Below the pieces are notes generated by a model that was not told the origin of the DNA, ran no database searches, and was given only the letters and a program-made list of their open reading frames with translations. Below, in pieces: positions 11,221 to 61,825 of a stretch of 64,000 bases of DNA. The stretch's first letter is position 1, and each line of letters begins with the position of its first letter. The position numbers and the translations under genes were made by a program. The DNA is from Macrostomum lignano (taxonomy: Eukaryota), in NCBI GenBank assembly GCA_002269645.1, contig NIVC01001261.1:1-64000 (forward strand), in the 5' to 3' direction.

Positions 11221-13580
11221 CTGAAATTTCAGATAGGGCTTGAAGCTTGAAAGTTTCAATAATTTTTTTCAATAGTTCTCCACAGTTAATTTTCTTATGT
11301 ATGACCGCTTGCTACTGATAATGAAACGTTACGGACATTAGTCAAGGCTTAAGTGGTTTAAGCAACCAATATTTACAAGTGTGGAGAAAACCATGGTGAA
11401 GTTTTGCGCGAACAAGAATCCGGTCTCCTTGAACTCGTCTATCGGACTTTTTCGCAGCCGCAGACCATTCTTGGACTTGTACATGCATTCAACCACCAGG
11501 CCTATGGACTCCATGATCACGGCGGGCACTACAACGCGCTGGGTTGGGCTCAACAAATCCACCTCGCTCATTGCTTGGCTGTTTACTTCGAGGAGCCACA
11601 CCTGAAAGGGCGTTTTTAGCCATAAAACGCTGATGAACTAACAGTTCTTGTGATTTCCTGTTTGAAATTGATAAACTATTATTTACTATTAAAACTACGA
11701 GTAAAAGACCTTACTTTATGATTTTCGTCCACACATAAGTCTAATCCGAAGATCTGGTAGCAGCCATAAGCGTCCCAGATTTTGCTTTCAATAGCAGAGG
11801 CTAAGCGCATTCCAATATGCTTGATCTGTCCCTTAATCTTCTCAAGAAGCGATTCGCTTCTGAAAACCTCATCAAGTTCTTTAGACCGATCTTCACGATC
11901 GGTGAACAGTTGATTCTCACTCATACGCCTGGCTCTTTCGGCTCTCTCCTGCTTTGTCTGATACGGGCAGGCAAGCATCTGCATCTTTTCATCAAGTTCC
12001 TCGGCCTCGCGATCTCGCATCTTCCGAGGTGTCATTGGTTTCGTGTTTTCGGGCTCTTCTGGTTCTTGGTCTTCGTCGCTCGGCTGCCCATTGAAAGGTT
12101 CGTACTCGGCTGAGGCCACACGACAGAAGCCGGGATTAATGAAGGCTACTACTCGACGATAGCGCAGTGTCATAATTAACATAAATGCCCGAATGTCCAC
12201 CTTGCGACCATTGAAAAGGTAAGGATCTTTGATAACACGTTGAACCAGGAAGTCATGTCGGGACGTCTCTTTACCGATAGTCATATGGTAGAACTTCTGA
12301 AAGTCCTCAACCTTGTGAAAGAATCGAAAACCAAGACCCTTGTAAAGGTAGGATGGTTTGCAAACAAACAACTGTCCCTTTAGTTCATCATCAAGCCGAT
12401 TAGAAAAGTCCTGCAGCGCGTTATATGAGCTGAAGCTCTGAACCTCTGGGATGAAGATGTCCAAGTGCTTGCAGACTTGCTTTCCAAAGTTATAGCAAGC
12501 TTCATCGGTACAACCTTCCTCGTCGGTTCGCATCGATTGAACCATATGCGTACAGATCCGGTAAGTCACTCCACCGGTATCCTCATCGTCGCTATCATCT
12601 ACTGGTGTTTTCTCATTCGCGCCACATCTCTTCATGCAGTAGTTTCTTCGCTCCAACATGAACTCTCTGAGCGTGGTGCCCATTACCTGCTTGTCTTTTA
12701 AGAACACACCGCCTGGAAAGCGGTTGACAACGTAGCAGCCGTTGCCATTGAGATGATTGATGATGTGCTTAGCCTTTATCGAGCTCACCCAAATCAGGTG
12801 GCGCTCGCCCTGAGATGACAGCGGTAACGTGTCAGCCCGGCTGATGCACAGTACGTCTTGACAGAAGCGACTAACAACGCTTTCAATTGGACCGAGCTTT
12901 TCTTCGCGAATGGTTGGTATCACCTCTCCTCTCTTGTTCTTCCTGACCCTGGGGTGTTTCTCATTTACTATTCTCTTCATATTTAAATACAACTTGCCCT
13001 CCTTGCGGACCTTTAACATCGGGTACTCGTTGAGTTTTTCAATTGCTAGATTAACATTATACAGCGGATTTTTTTTCATAGGCAGAATCTTGGCGTTGCG
13101 CTCCTCACTGATGGTCATGTTGGACTTTTTTGATACTTTCTCTGGAAATTTAAGCAGATTTGTGGACGGAATAAGGCCTATTAAAGAATAAATACAAAAT
13201 TATTGTGCGCTTACGAGAATTATCTGTTGTTGATGCTTGCGCTGCAGCCGCTTTTTTTGTTTCATCTGTCGGTTGGACCCGAGGCGGTTCTGGATTCGGC
13301 TGCATGTGGTTGTTACTGTTTACGGCGTCTACCCAACCAAAGTCTGCATCGCGATCACTTGTAGTCCAGGTACCTGAATTTTTGTTTCATATGATTGAAA
13401 CTGTGATAGAGAATGTTCACCATGCTACTTAGTTAGCAGTGTCTTCGCATATAGTTTTAAAACTACACTAAACTAAACTAGACATGTTACCATTATGTAG
13501 AATTTTGAGCAAAAAGCTGTGCTTAGCTTACCAAAGCCTCGTGACTGCGACGTGTCTGAATATCCTTCTTCAGTGTCCAT
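11017..13580 (-). CDS. TTLL10: TTLL10-like tubulin-tyrosine-ligase-family protein (glycylase clade), 5 exons, 687 aa
   Basis: Exons 13580-13532, 13373-13215, 13141-11715, 11601-11377, 11220-11017; all GT-AG, sum 2064 nt, one open frame. TTL motifs: FIPE, CKPS..KGLG, LVQRVIKDPYLFNGRKVDIRAF, GLDLCVDENHK|VWLLEVNS. The following VVPAVIMESIGLVVECMYKS resembles the TTLL10 C-terminal segment as I recall it. Confidence 0.85.
11377..11601 (-). CDS. TTLL10-like exon 4 (VWLLEVNS...)
   Basis: CCCTTTCAG| acceptor; completes the catalytic ExN motif; CTT|GTAAAT donor (less certain). Confidence 0.88.
11715..13141 (-). CDS. TTLL10-like exon 3 (most of the TTL domain)
   Basis: Long ORF with TTL motifs; AAA|GTAAGG donor at 11714. 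Confidence 0.93.
13215..13373 (-). CDS. TTLL10-like exon 2
   Basis: TTCAG| acceptor; 159 nt open (TWTTSDRDAD...STTDNS); C|GTAAGC donor; 73-bp intron to the TTCCAG acceptor. Confidence 0.7.
13532..13580 (-). CDS. TTLL10-like exon 1 (MDTEEGYSDTSQSRGF, phase-1 donor)
   Basis: ATG at 13580; TTTG|GTAAGC donor; joins the 13373 acceptor in frame. Confidence 0.6.
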
Positions 13581-15882
13581 TTGTAATCGCAGGTTTTGCG
13601 TATAATTAATTGATTTAGTCAGCTGTAGTTTAATCTGGCAATATATCTATCGTGTGAATGCCAGGAAGAGCTCAGGGGCTGCAAGGGCGGATCGCAGCAA
13701 TGAATTAAAAGAAAGCTTCAAGATTGACTCAAGAGACTTTAGAATGCTTCCAAGATACCCTGTTTGAACGCTTTCCAGTTTATGCCATAGAGTGAAAATC
13801 AGAGTGTTTATTCAATAGTCTTAATCTTCCCTCTATAGCTCGTAGTTAACCCCGCTGCATATTGATCACAGATTCAAAGCATTTGCGAAATCTTCCACAA
13901 GAGGTTCCGCGCTTTAACAGCCACTGGAAGTGGTTTAAATTGAAAAGAAACTGCAACCTACTCTATCGCATCCAGTGTTATTCAAAGGTGGCTGTTGTTG
14001 TGGTCGGATAAGGTTGTATTCATATAATAGCCACAAGAACTCTCAAAGCTACCTACTACCTATAGTTTGCTTCTTAAGTACATATTATATTATTATACCG
14101 GATAATGGTCTGGCTCTGTATGAGTAAGAGGCGTCTCTGAAGTCCTTCCTGTTGTGCTCTGTGCAACCACCACCGACACCGCCTTTTTGAGGGAGTCTGG
14201 AGAGCACAGGTATATATTGTAGCGTAACTCTCTCACCTCCCGTCACTCACCCATGCCACGCGACATTTGCAAACAGCTACTTAATGCCCATAGTGGCCCT
14301 TGTACGTAGGCAGGTGTGGAGCGTGGTCAATACTCGTAGCTGGATAAAAAATTGATATTAGAGTTAACAACTCCTTGCTCAAAAGTCCGAAAAGTTCTAG
14401 ACTAGAAGAGGTTCATACAGTCATACAGTCATGCACCGTAAAGTTTTTGTCCGGGCAACAGCCCCACTAAGCGTAATATTTTGCTTTTTAAATTCCCTTC
14501 TAGCGCTACTGTCCAGATTTTTCCAGGAAACCCCGTTTTCACTAGTATACGCAGTAGCTGATCTCTTTGACTTCCCCTGGATGGCTCCCCGAAGGTCAGG
14601 GGACATTGCCCTTATCTCAATGCTGCTCTGCCCCATCTGCTCTGCCATGTATTAATACAGTAGCCTTGGTTGGTTGTAATATGTTATGCAGTAACATGCA
14701 GTAACAGTACGTACATGCAAACAGCATAATACATTGGATATACATGCTGTATGGTCTGCAGTAGTTCAATGACCATGCGCACAGCGTGTGTGGTCCCGGC
14801 CTCCATCACTTCCTATCCATGTACTTACTATCATCTGCAATGGAGACCTGTTAGAAAAAAAAGGCAACCGCGCCTACTTCTAATTCTACCCCTCAGGTTT
14901 TTCTCTTTTGTTCTCTTACGTTGTCTGTCTGCTCGCGGCTCGCGCCTTGCACCTGCGATTTGTGCAATAAAACAGATTCAATGCAGCGGAATGAAGAAAA
15001 GCGAGTCATTGTCAAAAAATGAATAGCTGCCGAGCTTAAGAAAACAAAATCAAAATGCATTAATTCAAAGAAGACATAGTTTGGACAAAATCTGTTTCAG
15101 CTCACACACTGTAAGAACTAAAAAAAAACTCAGCCCTTAGGTTGAATAACTTGAATTGAATTATGAGTTTCTCTGTCCCAGGACTGCGTGCAAAATGGAC
15201 AGAATAAATATAAATGAAACTATAATAAGATTTGATTGAGTTGATGAGAAAAACAGCAAGTCAAGAATGTCTCAGTGCGCCACTTATAGTAGCAAGTGCA
15301 AGTAAAGAGAATTCAAACGACAGAAAAGATAGAAGATAGGAAGGCTGGCCCCCAATGTGTTTTACAACGCCACGGCCCCCCAAGCTCAGCATTGTACAAG
15401 GCACGGGGCCCCTTGCCCCACCCCACCCCAGCCAGTGGGAATGGCTGACTGGGTTAGCCAGCCAATAGCAAATCGCCTAATTGGCCTTGCTAAACCAGCC
15501 CCCCTTCTTCAGTTGAACCAAGCCTTACTCTCTTATTCTCGGCGCCCAATAGATAGATAATAAGCTTGAACTAACTGAAAAGGGCTAGTAGGAAAGTCCC
15601 AGACAAAATAAGCTCAACCAAGTCGGTGTGCTGCACTAACATTGTACACATCTTGTTTTCTTTTTTTAACACATTTGTTTCAAGTCTCAACGCTGTTTGC
15701 TCTCTCTCCCCTTATTAATAAAACAAAAGTAAAGAGAAAAGCGGTGCCAATTGAATTCAGCAGAGAGCTGCTCGCCGAGCTATATGAAATTGCGCGAAAA
15801 ATAGAGAGAACGGCGACCTTCCACGGCTTGATCGGCGGCTGATGGAGATGATTGCAAATACGAACAGAGCATAGGTAAAACC

Positions 15883-52395
<36,513 letters not shown>

Positions 52396-52451
52396 GCCTC
52401 TCAACCTGAGAACTGTCCGGACCCGCGAAACCCCCCCCGACTTGTCTAGAC

Positions 52452-53265
52452 GGACCCACACAACCTGACCCATGTCTGACCCACACGACCTGACCCATGT
52501 CTGACCCAAGCGACCTGACCCATGTCTGACCCACGCGACCTGAGCCACGCGACCTGACCCATGTCATACCCACGCAACCTGACCCATGTCTTCTGACCCA
52601 CGCGACCTGGCCCATATCTTACTCACACAACCTGACCCATGTCTGACCCAAGCGACCTGACCCATGTCTTACTCACACAACCTGACCCATGTCTGACCCA
52701 CGCGACCTGACCCACGTGACCTGACCCATGTCAGACGCACGCAACCTGACCCATGTCTTCTGACCCAAGCGACATGACCCAAGTCTTACACAACCTGACC
52801 CATGTCGGACCCACGCAACCTGACCCATGTCTTCTGACCCACGCGACCTGACCCATGTCTTACTCACACAACCTGACCCATGTCGGACCCACGCAACCTG
52901 ACCCATGCCTTCTGACCCACGCAACCTGACCCATGTCTTCTGACCCACGCGAGCTGACCCATGTCGGACCCACGCAACCTGACCCATTCTGACCCACGCA
53001 ACCTGACCCATTCTGACCCACGCGATCTGACCCATGTCTTCTGACCCACGCGACCTGACCCATGTCTTCTGACCCAAGCGACCTGACCCACATCTTGACC
53101 CACGCGACCTGACCCATGTCTGATATACGCGACCTGACCCATATCAGACCCACGCAAACTGACCCACGCGACCTGACCCATGTCTTCTGACCCAAGCGAC
53201 CTGACCCACATCTTGACCCACGCGACCTGACCCATGCCTGACCCACGCGACCGGACCCATGCCTG
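52452..53265. repeat. 25-28-bp minisatellite (GACCTGACCCATGTCTTCTGACCCACGC)n just 3' of the stop codon
   Basis: Visible directly. Confidence 0.93.
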
Positions 53266-53764
53266 ACTCGTAAACAGTACGAGTAAGATACAACAATGCT
53301 GCATTTCTTAGCGCCCAGTAAAGCCTTGTAAAAATGTAAACTTTATTTGTCCAGCAGAGTTGAGCAGCACTCTTCTGCCGCGAGAGTCTAACTAAGATAC
53401 TTCCCGAACATATCTGCCTGGCCTATCTGGCCCGCTCTGGTTTTTTCTCTGTCCATTTTCTATCTATCCACACTGACTCAGCGCATTCAACAGTCTTGTG
53501 CAATATTACTGGTAGTAGCGTGTGCGATACCAGACCTCTATATTTTACATTTAGTATAAAAACGGATTAGTGTATTATCATTAATCCATGTTTGAACCTC
53601 TTCCACAGATTAGCAAATGGCAACAAGATTTAATTGACCTTGCACTCGACCTGCGTAATTAATGTTTTGAATTTTCATTGTTTTTCATTCTCGTTAATAA
53701 TTACTATAAGTAGCTAATACTATCTTATGGATGTATTAATAGACTTTTTTTATTGTAGTTTTCT

Positions 53765-53770
53765 AATAAA
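53765..53770 (+). terminator. Candidate polyadenylation signal (AATAAA) of the adhesion gene
   Basis: First AATAAA I found downstream of the stop codon, in AT-rich sequence. Confidence 0.35.
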
Positions 53771-54420
53771 ACTGAGCTCACACACTGCTCTGACCATGGG
53801 TTTTTTATAAAACAGAAATATAAAAGTCATTGAACCTTTTTCTCGCGAATTTATTTTGTGGTGAATATCCCACAAATTTGACTTAAAAATAGAAACAAAA
53901 AATCATGATTGACTTTCCTATTGATTCGTTTATTTTTTAAAGGATTGATAGTTCTGTCGAACTACACTACTTATAGTCTTGCGTAGTGAATTTTATTGAG
54001 TTTAGTAGTATACACAGAAAATTTAACTTATAAAATAGCTCTCGCTTCCTGACAATGACTTGTCACTTCCTTATAGAATGACTGTCACTTCCTGACAGTG
54101 GGGTTCGGCCATAGACAAATCCATCCCGAAAAACACTGCAGAGACAGGAGCAGCTGGAATTTCGCCGGAACTTTGCTTGAGGCCTTGGGTGGCCGCGAAC
54201 AAGGGGCGGCTCCATGATTTACAGCTATAGGGATCGGCTTCGAAGAAGCCGCACTCTTTTTTAACGGCATTGCTGGCTGTAAAATTTTATGCAATGAAAT
54301 TGGAAACTTTGCGGAGCTTTGAATGAAATCCTTGCCTGCTTGTTGTCTGTGAAAACAGCAATATGACCAAGCTGGGGCTGCAGTTCAGGGCTTGCGTACT
54401 TGTGACTCTTGTCTGATCCG

Positions 54421-55848
<1,428 letters not shown>

Positions 55849-56939
55849 AAGCTAGTATGCAATTTCAGGCAAGTTGCCTCAGTCTATCAGCCTCATGACA
55901 CCCTGAGCCAATCCACAGCCAGCCAGCTCATCATCCAATCCCAGGCCGGCAATTTCTTTCCCAAATTTGCTTTTTGGCCTTGAAAGGCGGCGCAGAACAG
56001 TTGCAGCTGTAGAGTGGGAATCCCGGGCTTCATTTACCAGAGAAGTTTGGCTTGAGACAGAGAAAGCGAGATCCTGGTCAAGGTGATTGAGAAGTTCTCA
56101 ACTCGCAGAAAGCGCAGGAAAGCCATCACAGTAGCAATTCACTTCAATTTATCAACTTCCTCATTTCACATTCAACATCCAATTGCCAACAGCCAACTGC
56201 GAGCCGGGCTACTCCGCTATCAACGCTGCTCCCGCGCACTCGCCGAGACCGCGGCAATCAATCAGGCGGGCTGATCCAAGCTTTACCTACAGGCCGCCAA
56301 GTCAAACTAACTGCCTGCCTGTCTGTGTGCACCAGCAACTCGCTGGCCGGCTCTCGCTGATGACTCAACCGGAGCTCCTCTGGGAATCGATCGGCTAATC
56401 GAAATTAGCAGAAAATAATTCTATCTATAGAGAGAGAGAGAGAGATAAGGCTACAGTCCGGTCTACCCCAGAGCTCAGGTGAGTTCCAAATCGCTTTGTT
56501 AATTAACACAGAAATTCAAATCGAAAAGTCGTGTTCATTGCGGGGAAGCGGCCCAATTTGACAGTTCAATGGCTGTCAGTTGCCAGTTGTCAGTGTTAGC
56601 AATTGGAGAGCTCTCAAATTCTATTGATTAAATATGGGGAACAATTTAACACCTAAGAGGAGAAGATGGCTTAAAAAATTACCACTGAAGATCAAAATGG
56701 AGAGAGAGAACTGAAAATGGGTTTTTGCCAGAATTTTTTAGAGTGACGCACCGGCGAAAGAGGGTGAAGAGAAGGAAACACAGGCTTAGTTTGCCGGAGA
56801 GTGCGGTGTGAATCAGTGGCGCCGGAATGGCGAGATTCAGAGACAGGGTTGGAAGCGGTGAGATAAGAGTAGGAGAGAGGATGAGACAGGTTGAGATAGA
56901 GTGAGATAGGCTGGGAGAGGGTGAGACAAGATGACACTA

Positions 56940-57532
56940 CACAGGGTGAGACAGGGTGAGACGGGGTGAGATTCGGTGAGACAGGGTGAGATTCGGTGAG
57001 ACAGGGTGAGATAGGGTGAGGCAGGGTGAGACAGGGTGAGACAGGGTGAGATTAGGCGAGACAGGATGAGGCAGGGTGAGACAGGGTGAGACAGGGTGAG
57101 ATTAGGCGAGACAGGATGAGGTAGGGTGAGACAGGGTGAGGCAGGGTGAGGCAGGATGAGACAGGGTGAGATAGGGTGAGATAGGGTGAGGCAGGGTGAG
57201 ATAGGGTGAGGTAGGGTGAGACAGGGTGAGATTAGGTGAGACAGGGTGAGACAGGATGAGACAGGATGAGATTAGGTGAGATTAGGTGAGATTAGATGAG
57301 ACAGGGTGAGACAGGGTGAGATTAGGCGAGACAGGATGAGGCAGGGTGAGACAGGGTGAGACAGGGTGAGATTAGGCGAGACAGGATGAGGCAGGGTGAG
57401 ACAGGGTGAGACAGGGTGAGATTAGGCGAGACAGGATGAGGTAGGGTGAGACAGGGTGAGGCAGGGTGAGGCAGGATGAGACAGGATGAGATTAGGTGAG
57501 ATTAGGTGAGAAAGGGTGAGACAGGGTGAGAC
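56940..57532 (+). repeat. 10-bp minisatellite (ACAGGGTGAG)n, left arm of an inverted pair
   Basis: Visible directly. Confidence 0.95.
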
Positions 57533-58244
57533 ATAGGGAGAGATGTTGTGAGAGGTTGCAAGGTCGGGTGTGTCAGGATGGCACGCGCGAATGCCAACTA
57601 CACTACAAGCATAGAAGGAGTGGAGCCGAGAGCGCTCGCACAGCTCGGGGTTGCGTCACCCGCTCGCCGACATTCAGGGCCAGCTTTATGCAGAAAAAAG
57701 TTTATAGTGCGCAACTGGGATTGAATTTGGCCCAACAACCCACCGGAGCCTCGCAATTAACTCGATTTCCGTGAGACTTCGGATTTTTCTCCTCTCTCTG
57801 TCTCTCTCTGCGTCTCCGCCTGACTGTTTCTACGGATGCTTCGCTGCTCTGGAGGCTCTGGCAGCTCTGGGGCATCGAAGACTAAGAAGGGAGAGATGAC
57901 TTTCTTGTCCAATTAAGGCCGGCATCGCCGCGGTTGGGGGGTTGGGGCCGATGCAATTAGAGAATGGAATATTCTCTCGGATGCAATTATTTTGCAACAG
58001 CTCGAGCCCGGCTACCCAGTCTATTTAGTAGTTCACGCGAACTTAGGCCGGACAGAAACACACACAGGCTTTGGGTTTTCGTGATTGCTATAGAAGAATT
58101 GTTTTTTAAAAATTTCTTTCGTTTTGATTGTGTTGACATTTTAATTTTATGCTTGTTTTGTTGTTTGAATATAGCTACGCTCGGACAGTCCAGAGTTTTA
58201 TTGTAGAGAGATTTCATTGCGTCTAGTCTCACTGTTCCTCACCA

Positions 58245-58935
58245 TGTCACACCCTGTCTCACCCAGTCTCACCTGAACTCACCCTGTCTCACCTGAACTC
58301 ACCCTGTCTCACCTGATTTCCCCCTGCCTCACCTGTCTCACCTATCTCACCCTGTCTCACCCTGTCTCACCTATCTCACCCTGTCTCACCTGATTTCCCC
58401 CTGCCTCACCTGTCTCACCTATCTCACCCTGTCTCACCCTGTCTCACCTATCTCACCCTGTCTCACCTATCTCACCCTGTCTCACCTGATCTCCCCCTGT
58501 CTCACCTATCTCACCCTGTCTCACCCTGTCTCACCCTGTCTCACCTAATCTCACCCTGTCTCACCCTGTCTCACCCTGTCTCACCCTATCTCCCATAATC
58601 TCCCCCTGCCTCACCTATCTCACCCTGTCTCACCCTGTCTCACCTAATCTCACCCTGTCTCACCCTGTCTCACCCTGTCTCACCCTATCTCACCCTGTCT
58701 CACCCTGCCTCACCCTATCTCACCCTGTCTCACCCTGTCTCACCCTGTCTCACCCTGTCTCACCCTATCTCACCCTATCTCACCCTATCTCACCCTGTCT
58801 CACCCTATCTCACCCTGTATCACCCTATCTCACCCTATCTCACCCTGTATCACCCTATCTCACCCTATCTCACCCTATCTCACCCTGTCTCACCCTATCT
58901 CACCCTGCCTCACCCTATCTCACCCTGTCTCACTC
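58245..58935 (-). repeat. 10-bp minisatellite (CTCACCCTGT)n, right arm (reverse complement of 56940-57532)
   Basis: Same unit and variants in the opposite orientation. Confidence 0.95.
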
Positions 58936-59394
58936 TCTCCCGCCCCATCTCTCACCCTCTCCCTACCGTGTCCCCACCATCAAGATTTCATTCCGCAAAA
59001 CTTCCAATATCTATAAGCGATTTTCACTGCCTTCTTCCAACAGGGCCTTCCGGTTCTTAACGAACTTCATTCTTGTCGAGTTTCTGAGTTCTGCCAGTTG
59101 ACCTAGCAGTGCTCAAATGCTGGGGTACACAGCTCTGCATTGATTTTTTCCGGCTGTTTATCGATAGAACAGCTAGAGAGATTCGTTTCACAGCTTCTCT
59201 GATTGCGGGGGGGTCTGCTTGATGAGATGGATATGCCATTGCTGCACTTTTATAAGTTTTTCTTCGATTTCGAATTTGTGCCAACCTGCGAGTTTTGAGT
59301 TCTTGATGGGGATATTCACAACATTGTCTGGCTCCAAATACCGGATAAGCCAGTCATGATCTAGTCAAAATCTTATCAAAATCTAATTACAATC

Positions 59395-59775
59395 TAGTCT
59401 ATTCGAGATCTAATTATAATATAGTGAAAATACAGTCAAAATCTACGAGCGTATTAAAGATCTAATCACGATCTCATCAAAGTCTATTTAAGATCTAATC
59501 ACGATCTCATCAAAGTCTATTTAAGATCTAATCATTATCTAGTCAAAGTCTATTCAAGATCTAATCATGATCTAGTCAAAGTCTATTCAAGATCTAATCA
59601 TGATCTAGTCAAAGTCTATTCAAAATCTAATCATGATCTAGTCAAAGTTTATTCAAGATCTAGTTATGATCAAATCAAAGTCTATTCAAGATCTACCCAA
59701 ACTCAAATCATAATCTATTTATGATCTAGCTAATATCTAATCGCGATCTAGTCAAGCAAAAGTAAGATCTAGTCC
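59395..59775. repeat. 33-bp minisatellite (TCAAGATCTAATCATGATCTAGTCAAAGTCTAT)n
   Basis: Degenerate tandem units. Confidence 0.88.
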
Positions 59776-60587
59776 AGTTTAATCTGCTCCAAACAGACCC
59801 ATTAATTAAATCCAAATCACCATGGCAGCCATACTCCAATCGAGCTCCATCTGACCTACAGCACTAAAATTTGCTTAGCAGATCTCGGCCCCCCAGGGTG
59901 CTACGGTAAAATCAATGCATTGATGCCCGAGCTGGGAACTCAAAATTCTCTCAATACAAACTTCCCATAATCAGTTTCACTGCTTGGGAAATCTCCAGAC
60001 TCTCCAGACTCCAAGGTGTGAATCTGGTATCGATTCTGCTAGCGCGGAATGAGGACTCAGCCTGTTCTCCAGTTGTAACTGGGGGGTCACACCGGGGTCC
60101 CGCAACGGCCTCAATTCCCAGGACAGACTTTCCCTTAATTGCGTGTATTTGTTTGTGCATGTAAATTTATAACCGAGCCGGGCTCCCAGGGGGCCGAGCA
60201 CAACTCACAGTTGGAGCTGGGCTCTATGAATAATAGGCTGCTTAGGACACCTCCGCATTCATTTATTTGACTGACTAACTGTGCCGGTCCAATTCTCCCA
60301 GGGATAAAAGATGCTGTTGGTAAGAGAACCTGGCCTAAGCCTCTGCAAAGACGAAGCCCCCACATTCAAAAGCAAAGCCCCTCAGGGCCAGAGCAGACTG
60401 ACCACCCCCGAGGCTGGTCTGGGGCGCGCGAAGACGCCAAGCGAGGCAGATGGCTCTCAACTACCCCGGGTCTACGTCAGCAGAGCAGCAGTCGCTGGGA
60501 GCTGAAAACCCTGCCTGCTGCTCTGGATTCTGATAGGAAGGACTAAAACTAGAAACTGGAGTAGCAGTGCTTCCCCAAGATGCGGGA

Positions 60588-61825
60588 GGGAAGGACAGGG
60601 AGATGCGGGAGAGGGGGACAGCGAGATGCGGGAGGGAGGGACTGAGATGCGGGAGGGACAGGGAGATGCGGGAGGGACAGGGAGATGCGGGAGAGAAGGA
60701 CAGGGAGATGCGGGAGGGAGGGACTGAGATGCGGGAGGGACAGGGAGATGCGGGAGGGACAGGGAGATGCGGGAGAGGGGGACAGCGAGATGCGGGAGGG
60801 ACAGGGAGATGCGGGAGGGACAGGGAGATGCGGGAGAGGGGGACGGCGAGATGCGGGAGGGACAGGGAGATGCGGGAGGGACAGGGAGATGCGGGAGGGA
60901 CAGGGAGATGCGGGAGGGACAGGGAGATGCGGGAGGGACAGGGAGATGCGGGAGGGACAGGGAGACGCGGGAAGGAGGGACAGGGAGATGCGGGAAGGAG
61001 GGACAGGGAGATGCGGGAGGGACAGAGAGATGCGGGAGGGACAGGGAGATGCGAGAGGGACAGGGAGATGCGGGAGGGACAGGGAGATGCGGGAGGGACA
61101 GGGAGATGCGGGAGAGGGGGACGGCGAGATGCGGGAGGGACAGGGAGATGCGGGAGAGAGGGATAGCGAGATGCGGGAGAGAGGGACAGCGAGATGCGTG
61201 AGAGAAAAACAGCGAGATGCGGGAGAGAGGGACAGGGAGACGCGGGAAGGAGGGACAGGGAGATGCGGGAGGGACAGGGAGATGCGGGAGGGACAGGGAG
61301 ATGCGGGAGGGACAGGGAGATGCGGGAAGGAGGGACAGGGAGATGCGGGAGGGACAGGGAGACGCGGGAAGGAGGGACAGGGAGATGCGGGAGGGACAGG
61401 GAGATGCGGGAAGGAGGGACAGGGAGATGCGGAAGGGACAGGGAGACACGGGAAGGAGGGACAGGGAGATGCGGGAGGGACAGGGAGATGCGGGAGGGAC
61501 AGGGAGATGCGGGAGAGGGGGACAGCGAGATGCGGGAGGGAGGGACTGAGATGCGGGAGGGACAGGGAGATGCGGGAGAGACAGGGAGATGCGAGAGGGA
61601 CAGGGAGATGCGGGAAGGAGGGACAGGGAGATGCGGGAGGGACAGGGAGATGCGAGAGGGACAGGGAGATGCGAGAGGGACAGGGAGATGCGGGAAGGAG
61701 GGACAGGGAGACGCGGGAGGGACAGGGAGATGCGAGAGGGACAGGGAGATGCGGGAAGGAGGGACAGGGAGATGCGGGAGGGACAGGGAGATGCGAGAGG
61801 GACAGGGAGATGCGGGAAGGAGCGA
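60588..61825. repeat. 19-bp G-rich minisatellite (GATGCGGGAGGGACAGGGA)n
   Basis: About 60 units; explains the 19-aa periodic ORFs on both strands. Confidence 0.97.
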
